Of a DNA stretch of 32,000 bases, positions 9,817-18,681 are shown piece after piece. The notes below the pieces were generated by a model, which made no database searches, had not been told where the DNA came from, and worked only from the letters and a program-made list of their open reading frames with translations. Every line of letters begins with the position of its first letter. Position 1 is the stretch's first letter. Position numbers and translations under genes: made by a program. Location: the NCBI GenBank assembly GCA_030429145.1, contig JAUIDC010000001.1, positions 330,001 through 362,000 of the forward strand. The letters are read 5' to 3'. This DNA is from Candidatus Saccharimonadota bacterium (GTDB lineage Bacteria > Patescibacteriota > Gracilibacteria > Absconditabacterales > Absconditicoccaceae).

Positions 9817-9975
9817 TTACAGAGCAGAAGACTGCGATCTTGCTTTAGAATTCATCACCTTGGCTTTCCACTTCTTTTGTTGCTCAAGGTTTTTTCTCGT
9901 ATCCATGATCACGACCTTCTCCACTCTTACGAGCGCTTTGTTGAGCTTTTTCTTAGCGTTTGTTCTGAGTCTCAT
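9817..9975 (-). CDS. Unknown small basic protein (52 aa); weak resemblance to bS21, unproven
   Basis: Not in the track (<60 aa). Minus-strand ATG at 9975 gives MRLRTNAKKKLNKALVRVEKVVIMDTRKNLEQQKKWKAKVMNSKARSQSSAL, then TAA at 9817-9819. It sits between rpsG and rplS. LNKALVRVEK loosely resembles the S21 string (D/E)xALRRFKR. Confidence 0.45.
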   Translation of the reverse strand: MRLRTNAKKKLNKALVRVEKVVIMDTRKNLEQQKKWKAKVMNSKARSQSSAL

Positions 9976-9988
9976 AGAGAGAATGATA

Positions 9989-10240
9989 TTATTGAGATAA
10001 AACTCCTTTTTTATTCATAACTTCCTGCACCATAGCATCAGTGATACCCATATTCTTAAGCTTAGCATCTACCTTCTGCATTGCGTTTCTGATCCACTTT
10101 GTATCTCCTTCTTTTTCTTTTCTCTGAATCAGTACAATCTTATGATTGATAGCTTTCTTATCTTTTTCTCCTGACTTCGCTCTTGCTCTATTGAGATTAT
10201 AGAGAACGTGATTGAAGTTTGATTTATTACACTTAGTCAT
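9989..10240 (-). CDS. Unknown Lys-rich small protein (83 aa) within a ribosomal-protein gene string
   Basis: Intact ORF 34 nt downstream of rpsG and 13 nt upstream of the 52-aa ORF. No family recognised. Confidence 0.5.
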   Translation of the reverse strand: MTKCNKSNFNHVLYNLNRARAKSGEKDKKAINHKIVLIQRKEKEGDTKWIRNAMQKVDAKLKNMGITDAMVQEVMNKKGVLSQ

Positions 10241-10274
10241 GATATATCACGCAATTATATAGACGTAAAAGTTA

Positions 10275-10745
10275 TTATTTAACGTATTTTGCGAGGTAAG
10301 CAAATGCCTTATTTGCTTCTGCCATCTTATGTACTTCTTCCTTTCTCTTGATAGCTGGACCCTGATTAGAGTACGCTGCCATCAACTCTTCAGCAAGCTT
10401 CTTGTACATAGGTCTTCCTTTCTTTGACTTTGCAGCGTCTAGTATCCACTTAGAAGCAAAGAAAAGTTTCTTGTTCGTTTTTACTTCCAATGGAACCTGA
10501 TAGACAGCACCTCCGATTCTTTTTGATTTCACCATGATATCTGGAGCAGCATTTTCCAATGCAGCTTCAAGAACCGCCTGTGGGTTAAGATGTCCATTTG
10601 CTTTAATCTCACCCATTGTATCGCTATAGATTTTTAGTGCCACAGTTTTCTTTCCTTCTTTCATAATATAGTTTATGAACTTCTGGATTTTCTGGTCACT
10701 TGTCGGAAGCCCAAGATATGCAGGCTTTTCAAATTTTTTACCCAT
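10275..10745 (-). CDS. rpsG: 30S ribosomal protein S7 (uS7)
   Basis: ...NAAPDIMVKSKRIGGAVYQVPLEV... and a C-terminal KKEEVHKMAEANKAFA are typical of S7. 156 aa. Confidence 0.93.
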   Translation of the reverse strand: MGKKFEKPAYLGLPTSDQKIQKFINYIMKEGKKTVALKIYSDTMGEIKANGHLNPQAVLEAALENAAPDIMVKSKRIGGAVYQVPLEVKTNKKLFFASKWILDAAKSKKGRPMYKKLAEELMAAYSNQGPAIKRKEEVHKMAEANKAFAYLAKYVK

Positions 10746-10853
10746 GCGTTATGACCCAATAATAATGTAAGTAAAATACGTATTGTGGACAGCCACATCC
10801 ACCCAAGAACCTTTTTGAAATATAATGATATGTATTCTCCAAATCGTTATGAA

Positions 10854-11273
10854 TTATTTAGCCTTTGGTCTCTTGTTTCCGTAGAGAGATCTACCCTGTC
10901 TTCTTGCTTCTACAGGATTAGAGTCGTAGACACCACGAACAACATGATATTTCACACCCGGCAAGTCTTTTACTCTACCTCCACGAACAAGAACCACACT
11001 ATGCTCCTGAAGAGTATGTTTCTCTCCTGGAATATATGCAATCACCTCAATACCGTTTGAAAGTCTTACCTTCGCAATCTTACGCTGAGCCGAGTTAGGT
11101 TTCTTTGGTGTTACCACAGTTACCTTCAAGCATACACCTCTCTTGAAAGGAGCAGGAATATACACTCTCTTGTTTGCCTGTAATTTATTTACACCAAACT
11201 GCAGCGCAGGCGCCTTAGACTTAAATCTTTTTCTCTGTCTTCCTTTTCTAATAAGCTGATTGATAGTAGGCAT
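10854..11273 (-). CDS. rpsL: 30S ribosomal protein S12 (uS12)
   Basis: [12 protein letters not shown]...[11 protein letters not shown]+VRLSNG.EV.AYIPGE.H.LQEHS.VL+[11 protein letters not shown]+YH.VRG is a canonical S12. 139 aa. Confidence 0.95.
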   Translation of the reverse strand: MPTINQLIRKGRQRKRFKSKAPALQFGVNKLQANKRVYIPAPFKRGVCLKVTVVTPKKPNSAQRKIAKVRLSNGIEVIAYIPGEKHTLQEHSVVLVRGGRVKDLPGVKYHVVRGVYDSNPVEARRQGRSLYGNKRPKAK

Positions 11274-11332
11274 TCTTTTTCGTTGCCAAAAATAGAATAA
11301 AAAACATGCTCTTTGACGAGCGTCTTTTGTCG

Positions 11333-11360
11333 ACTATACGATTCTCCTCTGTGATTGCAA
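11333..11360 (-). promoter_or_regulatory. Candidate sigma70 promoter for rpsL-rpsG
   Basis: Minus strand: TTGCAA (11360..11355), 16 nt, TATAGT (11338..11333), about 60 nt upstream of the rpsL ATG. Confidence 0.45.
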
Positions 11361-11381
11361 GTGAAAATAGCGGTTAAATAG

Positions 11382-11408
11382 AAAAAACGAAAGGATATTC
11401 TCCCCTCG
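11382..11408 (-). terminator. Rho-independent terminator after the DUF1003 gene
   Basis: Minus strand reads CGAGGGGA-GAAUA-UCCUUUCG (8 bp including G-U pairs), followed by UUUUUU. Confidence 0.6.
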
Positions 11409-11441
11409 TTATATATTTTATATTTTTATAGAGATTTTAGT

Positions 11442-12002
11442 TTATTGAGAGTCTGATGGTGCAGAATCTTTCGATGTTTTTTCTAGGATGTCCAGCTGTA
11501 TTTGTTGAATTTCCATCAATGTCTGCCATTTTTTCATGAGCAGATGATCTAGTTTCTCATGAAGTGTACGAATCTCAATCTCTGCCTTAAGGTTCACCTT
11601 ATAGTCATTCTCTGCGCGCAGACGATCTCTCTGCGCTTGTCTGTTCTGGCTCATCATGATAATAGGAGCCTGAAGGGCTGCTATAGAAGAAAGACAGAGG
11701 TTAAGCAGGATAAATGGATATTCGTCCCAAGCCCTTTCTCCAAGCGCGATATTGAATCCCATCCAAACAAGCAGAAAGAAGAGAAAGGAAAGGATAAATG
11801 TTCGACTTCCTCCAAAGGTCGCTATCTTATCAGCCATGCGTTGTCCGAAAGTCAGATGCTCCTCATAATTATCGTTGATATTTTCAGACAGTAGTTCTTT
11901 CTGTTTGATGCTACTCAAAACCTCCTCAAGGTCCTCATGATCGGCGTTGAGCATATCTTTGATGTATTGTGCTTTCTCTGAAGTGAGATTTTCGTACTGC
12001 AT
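11442..12002 (-). CDS. DUF1003 domain-containing membrane protein (186 aa)
   Basis: FGGSRTFILSF...W...N......WDEYPFILLNLCLSSIAALQAPIIMMSQNRQAQRDRLRAENDYKVNLKAEIEIRTLHEKLD matches the DUF1003 core as I remember it (PYPFILLNL.LS..AA.QAP.I.MSQNRQ..+DR). Confidence 0.75.
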   Translation of the reverse strand: MQYENLTSEKAQYIKDMLNADHEDLEEVLSSIKQKELLSENINDNYEEHLTFGQRMADKIATFGGSRTFILSFLFFLLVWMGFNIALGERAWDEYPFILLNLCLSSIAALQAPIIMMSQNRQAQRDRLRAENDYKVNLKAEIEIRTLHEKLDHLLMKKWQTLMEIQQIQLDILEKTSKDSAPSDSQ

Positions 12003-12020
12003 AGAGCGATAATTGAGAAT

Positions 12021-12047
12021 GTATACTTTACACTAGTATAAGTATAC
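12021..12047. repeat. Imperfect 27-bp inverted repeat (operator-like) overlapping the DUF1003 promoter -10
   Basis: GTATACTTTACACT | AGTATAAGTATAC, centred on CTAG. The arms match apart from a 1-nt indel and one mismatch. It is flanked by AGAGCG (12003-12008) / CGCTCT (12050-12055). Confidence 0.5.
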
Positions 12048-12069
12048 TCCGCTCTGCCCAAAAAAGCAA
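12041..12069 (-). promoter_or_regulatory. Candidate sigma70 promoter for the DUF1003 gene
   Basis: Minus strand: TTGCTT (12069..12064), 17 nt, TATACT (12046..12041). Confidence 0.45.
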
Positions 12070-12099
12070 AAAAACAGAGATCTTGCATGCAAGTCCCTG
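12068..12099 (-). terminator. Rho-independent terminator after the 130-aa gene
   Basis: Minus strand reads CAGGGACUUGCA / UGCAAGAUCUCUG (a palindrome around GCATGC with one bulge), followed by UUUUUUUGCUUUUUU. Confidence 0.65.
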
Positions 12100-12114
12100 T
12101 TAGTGTCTCCGTAG

Positions 12115-12507
12115 CTAAGCAGCCCAAGAGAAAGAAGATCCTTCAATTCTCTTGTCGTAACCATGGCTTGTCTCTTTCGAATACCAAATAATTTTGATAT
12201 TCATTCCATCATCATGACACCTTAAGAAATGTCCTGAGACGTTTGGCACATGGACTGCGTTACCTTTGTGAAAAACAATAGAATACCCATCGCCTCTCTT
12301 GCTCACCATCCTCGCTTCAGAGGGATAGCTCGGAGGATTTTCAGGATCTATTTTTGCCTCTCCAAAAGGCTCCAAGCAAAGCGTTTTTTCTTTCGCCATT
12401 CCATATGACACAGTCAGTGTCTCACCTGACATAAATCTATCATAATCATCTTTATTCAGAAAGACGTACAGCCAGTTGTTATTGCTCTTACTCTGTTCTG
12501 CATACAT
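12115..12507 (-). CDS. Hypothetical protein (130 aa), TGA-free, with a canonical SD and promoter
   Basis: Intact ORF with ATG at 12507 and TAG stop. No family recognised. Confidence 0.6.
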   Translation of the reverse strand: MYAEQSKSNNNWLYVFLNKDDYDRFMSGETLTVSYGMAKEKTLCLEPFGEAKIDPENPPSYPSEARMVSKRGDGYSIVFHKGNAVHVPNVSGHFLRCHDDGMNIKIIWYSKETSHGYDKRIEGSSFSWAA

Positions 12508-12514
12508 AATGTTT

Positions 12515-12520
12515 CTCCTT
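12515..12520 (-). promoter_or_regulatory. Shine-Dalgarno sequence AAGGAG
   Basis: The minus strand reads AAAAGGAGAAACATT-ATG, with 7 nt between the SD and the start codon. This is the only clear SD I found upstream of any gene in the window. Confidence 0.6.
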
Positions 12521-12534
12521 TTATTTATGTCTTT

Positions 12535-12563
12535 ATTGTATCTTATTTCTATTTAATTGTCAA
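12535..12563 (-). promoter_or_regulatory. Near-consensus sigma70 promoter for the 130-aa gene
   Basis: Minus strand: TTGACA (12563..12558), 17 nt, TACAAT (12540..12535). Confidence 0.6.
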
Positions 12564-12612
12564 CCTATCCTATACCTGGAATGCTTACTCCTCGGGCTCT
12601 CACCAAATCAAG

Positions 12613-13782
12613 TCAGATGAGATAAACGCCTAGTGTTAACAATAGCACAAAGAAAATCATGTTAACAACACCCTCTATAGCAAAGTACTTTTCTGCACGC
12701 AGTCTAAATACTTTTTGAATGATTACCCCTAAAAGTCTTCCTCCGTCCAATGCTGGGATAGGCAATAGATTGAAGAAAGCGAGCGCAAGTGATATCAGCC
12801 CCCCAAACATGAGGAATTGGACTCGGCCACCTGTTTCTATAATAAATTCACCTACGCGAGCTGCTCCGACTGGTCCAGAAAGATTATTGAGAGCGGCCTC
12901 TCTGTCATTTTCACGAGATGAGAAAAGACTTCTTACGATCCCAGCGAGTGCTGGATAGGTCAACTTTGCTTGTGCGATGACCTCCTCTCCTCACCTTACT
13001 ATGGCCTGCCCCAAAGGAAATTGTATAGGTAGTAGATACTCTGTCGAATCGTTTGCCATAAAGATACCCAGCACACACGACTCTGTCGGACAGTCAATAG
13101 ATACTACATATCAAGAGCCTTCTCTTGAGTAATGGAGAGCAATAGTTTGTCCAAGGTTTTCCTTAAGTACATTCCCAAGATTTTGGTTGTTTACAGGCAT
13201 CTCATCTACCGCGGTAATCACATCTCATGACATGAGTCACGCCTTACCTGCAAGCTGTCAGGGCAAGACGTCCAGTATACGAGCCTCTCCTGTCACGACG
13301 CTGCCTGAAACGAATCCCTGCTCTCTCAAATAGTCCTCTGTCGGCATAAGAAGGCTTTCAGACTCTGTAGCAATGAAATTGGCCGGAATAGTCTGGAGTG
13401 GATAGGTTCCATGCCAAAATCCTGCAGAAAAAATAGCCCATGCTGCCAAAACATTCATGACGATTCCTCCCAGCAAAATCACCACCTTATTCCAAAATTT
13501 TGCTCTCAAAAAGCTATCTTTGTTGGTGAAGGCGCCTTCATCTTGTGGGTTCTCACCTTTGATACGCACAAACCCTCCCAGTGGCAACATACGCACTGTA
13601 AACTCTGTCCCCTTTTTATCTTTTCCAAATGAAAAAAGCTTCGGTCACATACCGACAGAAAACTCATGTACCGTGACGCCTGACTTACGAGCAACGATAA
13701 AATGCCCAAATTCATGGATCACGACAAGTACAATTAACAATATAATAAACGCAACTATTGCTACTATCATCTCTTCTATCAT
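12613..13782 (-). CDS. rseP: RseP/RIP-type site-2 zinc metalloprotease (M50 family) with a PDZ domain (389 aa, table 25)
   Basis: One 390-codon frame with six TGA read as Gly. Zinc motif HEFGHF; FSVGM-G-PKL...GTEFTVRMLPLGGFVRI; PDZ segment AGKAGLMSGDVITAVD; C-terminal LSLALAFFNLLPIPALDGG (NxxPxxxLDG motif). Joins track ORFs 13258-13596 and 12613-12963. Confidence 0.85.
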
Positions 13783-13841
13783 CAAAATAAACACCTCAAG
13801 GAATATATTGAAACCCAAGGTATAATCAATAAGAATAGGCT

Positions 13842-14657
13842 ATGTATTATGATACTCATACCCACCTCAATGACGACAAGCTCTATAAAAATTGGAGAAA
13901 ACATCTCCAACATTTTTCTGATAATGGATGAAAATGATTAGTCACCGTAGGAGTAGATGAAGAGTATAATGAAAAGGCGATCGAGATCGCTCGCGAAGCG
14001 AAAAATGAAAAAGTAAGTTGTCGAGTGAAAGCAACCATTGGTTACCATCCAAGCGAGGTATGTTTTGGAAAAATAACACGAGAGAATATTGATGAGAAGA
14101 TGGATGCATTGAAAGCGTTATACGAGAAAGAAAATACAGATATTGTCGCGATTGGAGAATGCGGCATCGATGTACACTACCCTGATGGCTCAGAGAACAT
14201 AGAGCTACAAAAAGAGCTTTTCAGAAGACAGTGTTCTCTTGCCAGAGAGCTTAGACTACCCATTGTCATCCACTCTCGTGACGACTTTGCAAGTACTCTT
14301 GAAGTCATCAGAGAATATAGAGATCAGAAAATATATTTTCACTGCTACGGGTATGGGGCAGAAGAGATAAGAACGCTCCAGGAAACATTTTCTCAGTTGT
14401 GGGTTGGCTTTTGCGGAAACCTCACCTACCCAAAAGCAGAGAATCTACGCGAAGCCATAAGAGTCTGTAAGCCAGAAAACATTGTATTGGAGACTGATGC
14501 TCCCTACCTTTCCCCCCAAGAAGTAAGAGGAAAAACAAACGAACCTGCATATGTTAAACACATCTATCAGTATGCTGCAGAGTTTATGAAACAGCCACTA
14601 ACAAAGTTTAGCCAAGGCATCATGGAAAACGTGAAACGCTTATATGGGCTAAGATAA
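13842..14657 (+). CDS. tatD: TatD-family metal-dependent hydrolase/DNase (271 aa, table 25)
   Basis: The N-terminus MYYDTHTHLND (the H-x-H metal motif) is recovered only by reading two TGA (DNG-G-K-G-LV) upstream of track ORF 14025-14657. Internal GECGIDVHY and LETDAPYL motifs. TATAAT at 13821-13826. Confidence 0.85.
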
Positions 14658-14658
14658 C

Positions 14659-16125
14659 CTAACCTTCAAATCCCTCTCCATAGAACATTTCTGCCTTATC
14701 GATTTCGATATCATGCTTATCATCTTTGTATATCTCTGTATCTTGTACAGAGTTTTTTTGATAACGCACAGCTCCTGAAAATGCACGAGAAGCGATCAGG
14801 AAATTACCCATCCTATTGAGATCTCTATCTCCTGACGAGACATACTTATACCATACCCCATCTGGCCAAGAGGCCAAAAGCGTATTCATAAGCGTATGAG
14901 AAAACTCTGTATCCATCTTTGTATCCATGATCATATTGAGCATTACATATTCGGAGAGCTGCGCAAGATCTGTAAAGAACTCGTGCGTGATAAGCTCTTC
15001 TGGGATAGATGTACCTATGTAGGCATCTACAAGTGTATAGTCATATCTTTTCTTATCAGCAAGCGACTCACGGATATATCCTCTTGCCGACTGAGCGGTG
15101 AAATGGATTTTTTCGTGAAGAGGCTTTTGTTGAAAATAGGTCTCAGCGATAGTTTTCACCGCAGGATCTACATCAATAGTATCGATACGTCCTACATACT
15201 CTCTCTGCGCCATCTCCTCTGGATACGTAAACCCCGCCGCTCAGATGACAAGAATGTTTTTCCTGTTCATGCTTGACGAAACAGTTGCCCGCATGTCAGT
15301 AGCTTGTATCGCTTCACGGATATAGCCAAACCAACTTTCACCCGTTTTTGTTTCTATAGAACTGGCAAATCCACCATTGAGCAACATCGTACGAAAGGTA
15401 CTCCCTCCATAGACATCTTCGCGAACAACGATATGTTGATAAGGACTATCGTATTCTACAAGCACAGCGCTTGTCTCAGTTTTAACAAGAGAGAACCAAC
15501 TGATAGCAACTAGTACAATAATGCCTGCCCATGGTATACGCTTCAGGTAGGCCATCATCAATATGTGACATAGGATAAGCAGGGTTGCTATCACATAGCC
15601 CGTCAACGTCACTCCTCGTCGAGAAAAAAGAACTGTACTCGTGAGTATGCTTCCTACAAATGATCAAAGTGTTGAAACAAATAGTATCTTTCCAGCAGCA
15701 AATCACTTATTACCCTTCGTCAATTCGGTAATCATCGGCATAGTGTGTGACGCAAGCACCACCGGTATGAAGAAAAATAAGAGAGAAAAGAGGAAAAGGG
15801 CAATGACATACGGGAATTGCTGGACAAAATCTACCAAAAACCTCTCCTGGAACGGAAAAACAAGGATTACATAATAGACTCCTGATGCAAAAAGAAACCA
15901 CGAGAGAACATGTGCAACCTGCTTGTCCTTCAAGCGAGAAGTGAGCTTCCCTCCGGTCCAATATCACACAGCTAAAGCAAGAAGAATGACTCATATTACA
16001 ACAGATGTCAATATAATACTTGATCATACGAGCGGTATGGCGTGCCTAAGGGCGACCATTTGCATAGCAAGTGTGGTAAATCACTCTATAAGAACAACGA
16101 GAAGAAGCAAGTAAGACATTGGCAT
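14659..16125 (-). CDS. Fused polytopic membrane domain / spermidine-synthase-like (class I MTase fold) protein (488 aa, table 25)
   Basis: One 489-codon frame with seven TGA read as Gly, joining track ORFs 14659-15213, 15241-15612 and 15703-15933 plus an upstream extension. About 190 aa of TM helices come first. Then SPYQHIVVRED...LLNGGFASS, NILVI-G-AAGF (SAM loop), IDTIDVDPAV...YF and YDYTLVDAY...IPEELITHEFF. The start at ATG 16125 is tentative. Confidence 0.7.
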
Positions 16126-16200
16126 CTGAAACAGTAAAAATTTACAATAACTCCTGTATAGAGAACTCTGAGAAAAAAACAACACGATTGGGGCAAAAAT

Positions 16201-16229
16201 TTGCAAAAAATGGCTTTCTGGAGTATAAT
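16201..16229 (+). promoter_or_regulatory. Near-consensus sigma70 promoter for the 764-aa gene
   Basis: TTGCAA (16201-16206), 17 nt, TATAAT (16224-16229), 43 nt upstream of the ATG at 16272. Confidence 0.6.
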
Positions 16230-16271
16230 TTAGATAGATATTTACCCTATTTGAAATAAAAAGAAAAACTG

Positions 16272-18566
16272 ATGGAAACGGCAATGCCAAGCGTAGATCG
16301 TGAAACGCAGCAGATCATAGCCACCTACCAAAAAATCTACAACCTTATTTTCAGATATGGGATTTTTATTGTACTTGGTGTTATCAGCTTTGGCGTGGTC
16401 CTTATGATAAATCCCCATGCCTACACCATCTACAATGTTGACAACACGTTTAGTAGCTCACAAGAAGAACTACAACCACTACTCCTCTCTGGAGACACAT
16501 ACATTGCAAAGGGAATAACACTTAATCCTCGTGTACCAGCAGATCAGATCAACGTATCAATCCTCCAAGGCTTCGTTGATGTCACTCCAGAAGTACAGAT
16601 GGGATATGGCGCACTTGCAAGCTACAAGGATATTATCTTGCCAATTTCTATCAACCTTGCAGCACATGATACCATCTTCTCAAAGGAGTATTTTTCATCA
16701 GCATACAATCCTGAGGACCTCAATGAGTACGTACAAAACACCATCCTTACCTATCCAGTAAGGAATATTCAAACGACGCTATACAGATACAAACAAGAGA
16801 CTGCAGCAGAAAACGCAAGAACGAGCGCCGACCCTATGCAACCAGAACTTCCACTAACAACTACCCTCCCCGTGGACAATACACAGATCACTCGCCACGA
16901 AGAGCCACCTCTTATCAGTCGTTTTGGACTACAGTGTCTCGGCAACCGTCACATTACCGATTTCTTCTGTCATAAAAACACAGAGGTATTTGTTTCTCGC
17001 ATACCATTTCTTTCGTTTGAAAACAAGCTAGAAGAGATGAGACTCCTTATGGATGACATCGCACAAACGCCATACAAGGAACGCGCTTGTAACAATCTTC
17101 TTTATGCTTTTGGTAGAACTGCACAAACAGACAGAGCGCGAGAGCTCATCTTCACGACTTGCTGACAACAGTACGTTTCATCATATCGTAGGATAGCCGA
17201 CTTCGCTACAGTCATCTTTGAACTACAGTGAATTTCAAATGCAAAGCTCTATACAGACAATGATATTAACATATTTAAACTGCTTTCACTACAACAAAAG
17301 ATCTACCACAATACCCTACAGAAAAACTACGATGTCGGAACTATCGAAGTATATCTCGCCTTTGTCCAAGAGCTCCTTATCAAAAGGCCGGAGATTGATC
17401 AAATCTACAAAGACATGACATATCTCTACAACAATACTTATCTCCGCGACACACTAACGCAAATAGCCATCATCAACAACAATACGAAAGCGATGCTCAG
17501 ACTGACCGACATCGTAAAGAATATCAACGAATGATCAGCTCAGCTACAAAAGTCTGTCGCAAATGCCGAACTGGTTGCCTATATTAGCGATACAACATCT
17601 ACAGCCAGCGCACAACAAAATCTCGTTACTTTCCAAGATCTCTTTGCAAGTAAGTTTACCACTTTTGATAACTTTATCGTCACGAGCCAGAAAGTCGACA
17701 ACGACTCTCTTTCTGCCAAGGTAGAAGGATACTTTATCATCAACGATGGAGAAGAAAGAAAGGTTCTTTTTGCAGGAGACTATCGTTATGACAATGAAAG
17801 CTTCATCCTTACTTACGCATCGTTTCCACAGAGCCCGTACCTAGAGACACTCCTCAATAGGCTCATCAATCAGCAGACGATGCAGGTAGACATCCCCTTT
17901 GTCTATGAGTTTGTCAAAAACAACTATGTAAATGCAAATCGTAGTGTCGCGCTCTGTGACATACTCTCTTCAAGAGTAAGCTTCGAATCATGTACCAACA
18001 CAAATGCTATCTATGACGATGGTCTCATCCGCATTATCTTTGTCTTTGACGGCTACAAGATCACGGCAATAAATAGTAACAAACCAGATCTTACAGAAAG
18101 ACTACGTACCGCAACGAGCAATGTGATCACGACACAAAACAATATCGGGGTCATCGTAAGCGAACTTATTAAATTAGCCAAAGAAGACAATACACAACCA
18201 GCACAGAGCGATGAACTCACGGGTAGCAGTGTCGACACAAATCAGTTTACCATTATCGGTAAGTTCAAACAGTTCCTTGACGTTACACCAGAGAGCATCA
18301 ACCTAAACAATGGGAACTATATCGTAGAATTTGAACTCTTCGGCATCAATTTCATCACCGCTGTGGACATTACCAACAACTATAAGCTATTCCCTATAGG
18401 TATCAAGAAGTCAGAGAGCGAGGTCATTAGGATCAACAACTTCTCTCTCAATCTTATCAATGCCTCCCTCACCGAAATCAACCAGTTTAAGGCAGATCCT
18501 TGGGCTCATATTAGGAAAGTAGACCCTGCCGCATATGAGAATGCTTATCCTAAAAACAATAACTAA
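16272..18566 (+). CDS. Large membrane-anchored hypothetical protein (764 aa, table 25)
   Basis: Track ORFs 16272-17165 and 17880-18566 share a frame. The 714 nt between them are open apart from three TGA. N-terminal TM anchor YGIFIVLGVISFGVVLMI. TAA stop followed by a terminator. No domain recognised. Confidence 0.65.
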
Positions 18567-18583
18567 AACATACTTTACTACAT

Positions 18584-18612
18584 ATCCCTCCTCTTCGGGG
18601 GGATTTTTCTTT
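18584..18612 (+). terminator. Rho-independent terminator
   Basis: ATCCCTCC (18584-18591), TCTTC loop, GGGGGGAT (18597-18604), followed by TTTTCTTT. Confidence 0.7.
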
Positions 18613-18681
18613 ATCACGCATTGTAATTTTTTTTCGTTTCCATACCTTAGGGGCAATAGTTATCTTATCCCCTAGCGAACG

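Noticed and set aside
9989-10240. Assigning the 83-aa Lys-rich ORF to bS20 (or another named small ribosomal protein) on the basis of context and charge.
   Set aside because: I could align no family signature by eye, and context alone is not enough. It is left as unknown.
10746-10853. The 108-nt rpsL-rpsG spacer as an S7 autoregulatory structure.
   Set aside because: Only a weak 5-bp hairpin (GTGGA/TCCAC) is visible. That is not enough to claim a regulatory element without covariation data.
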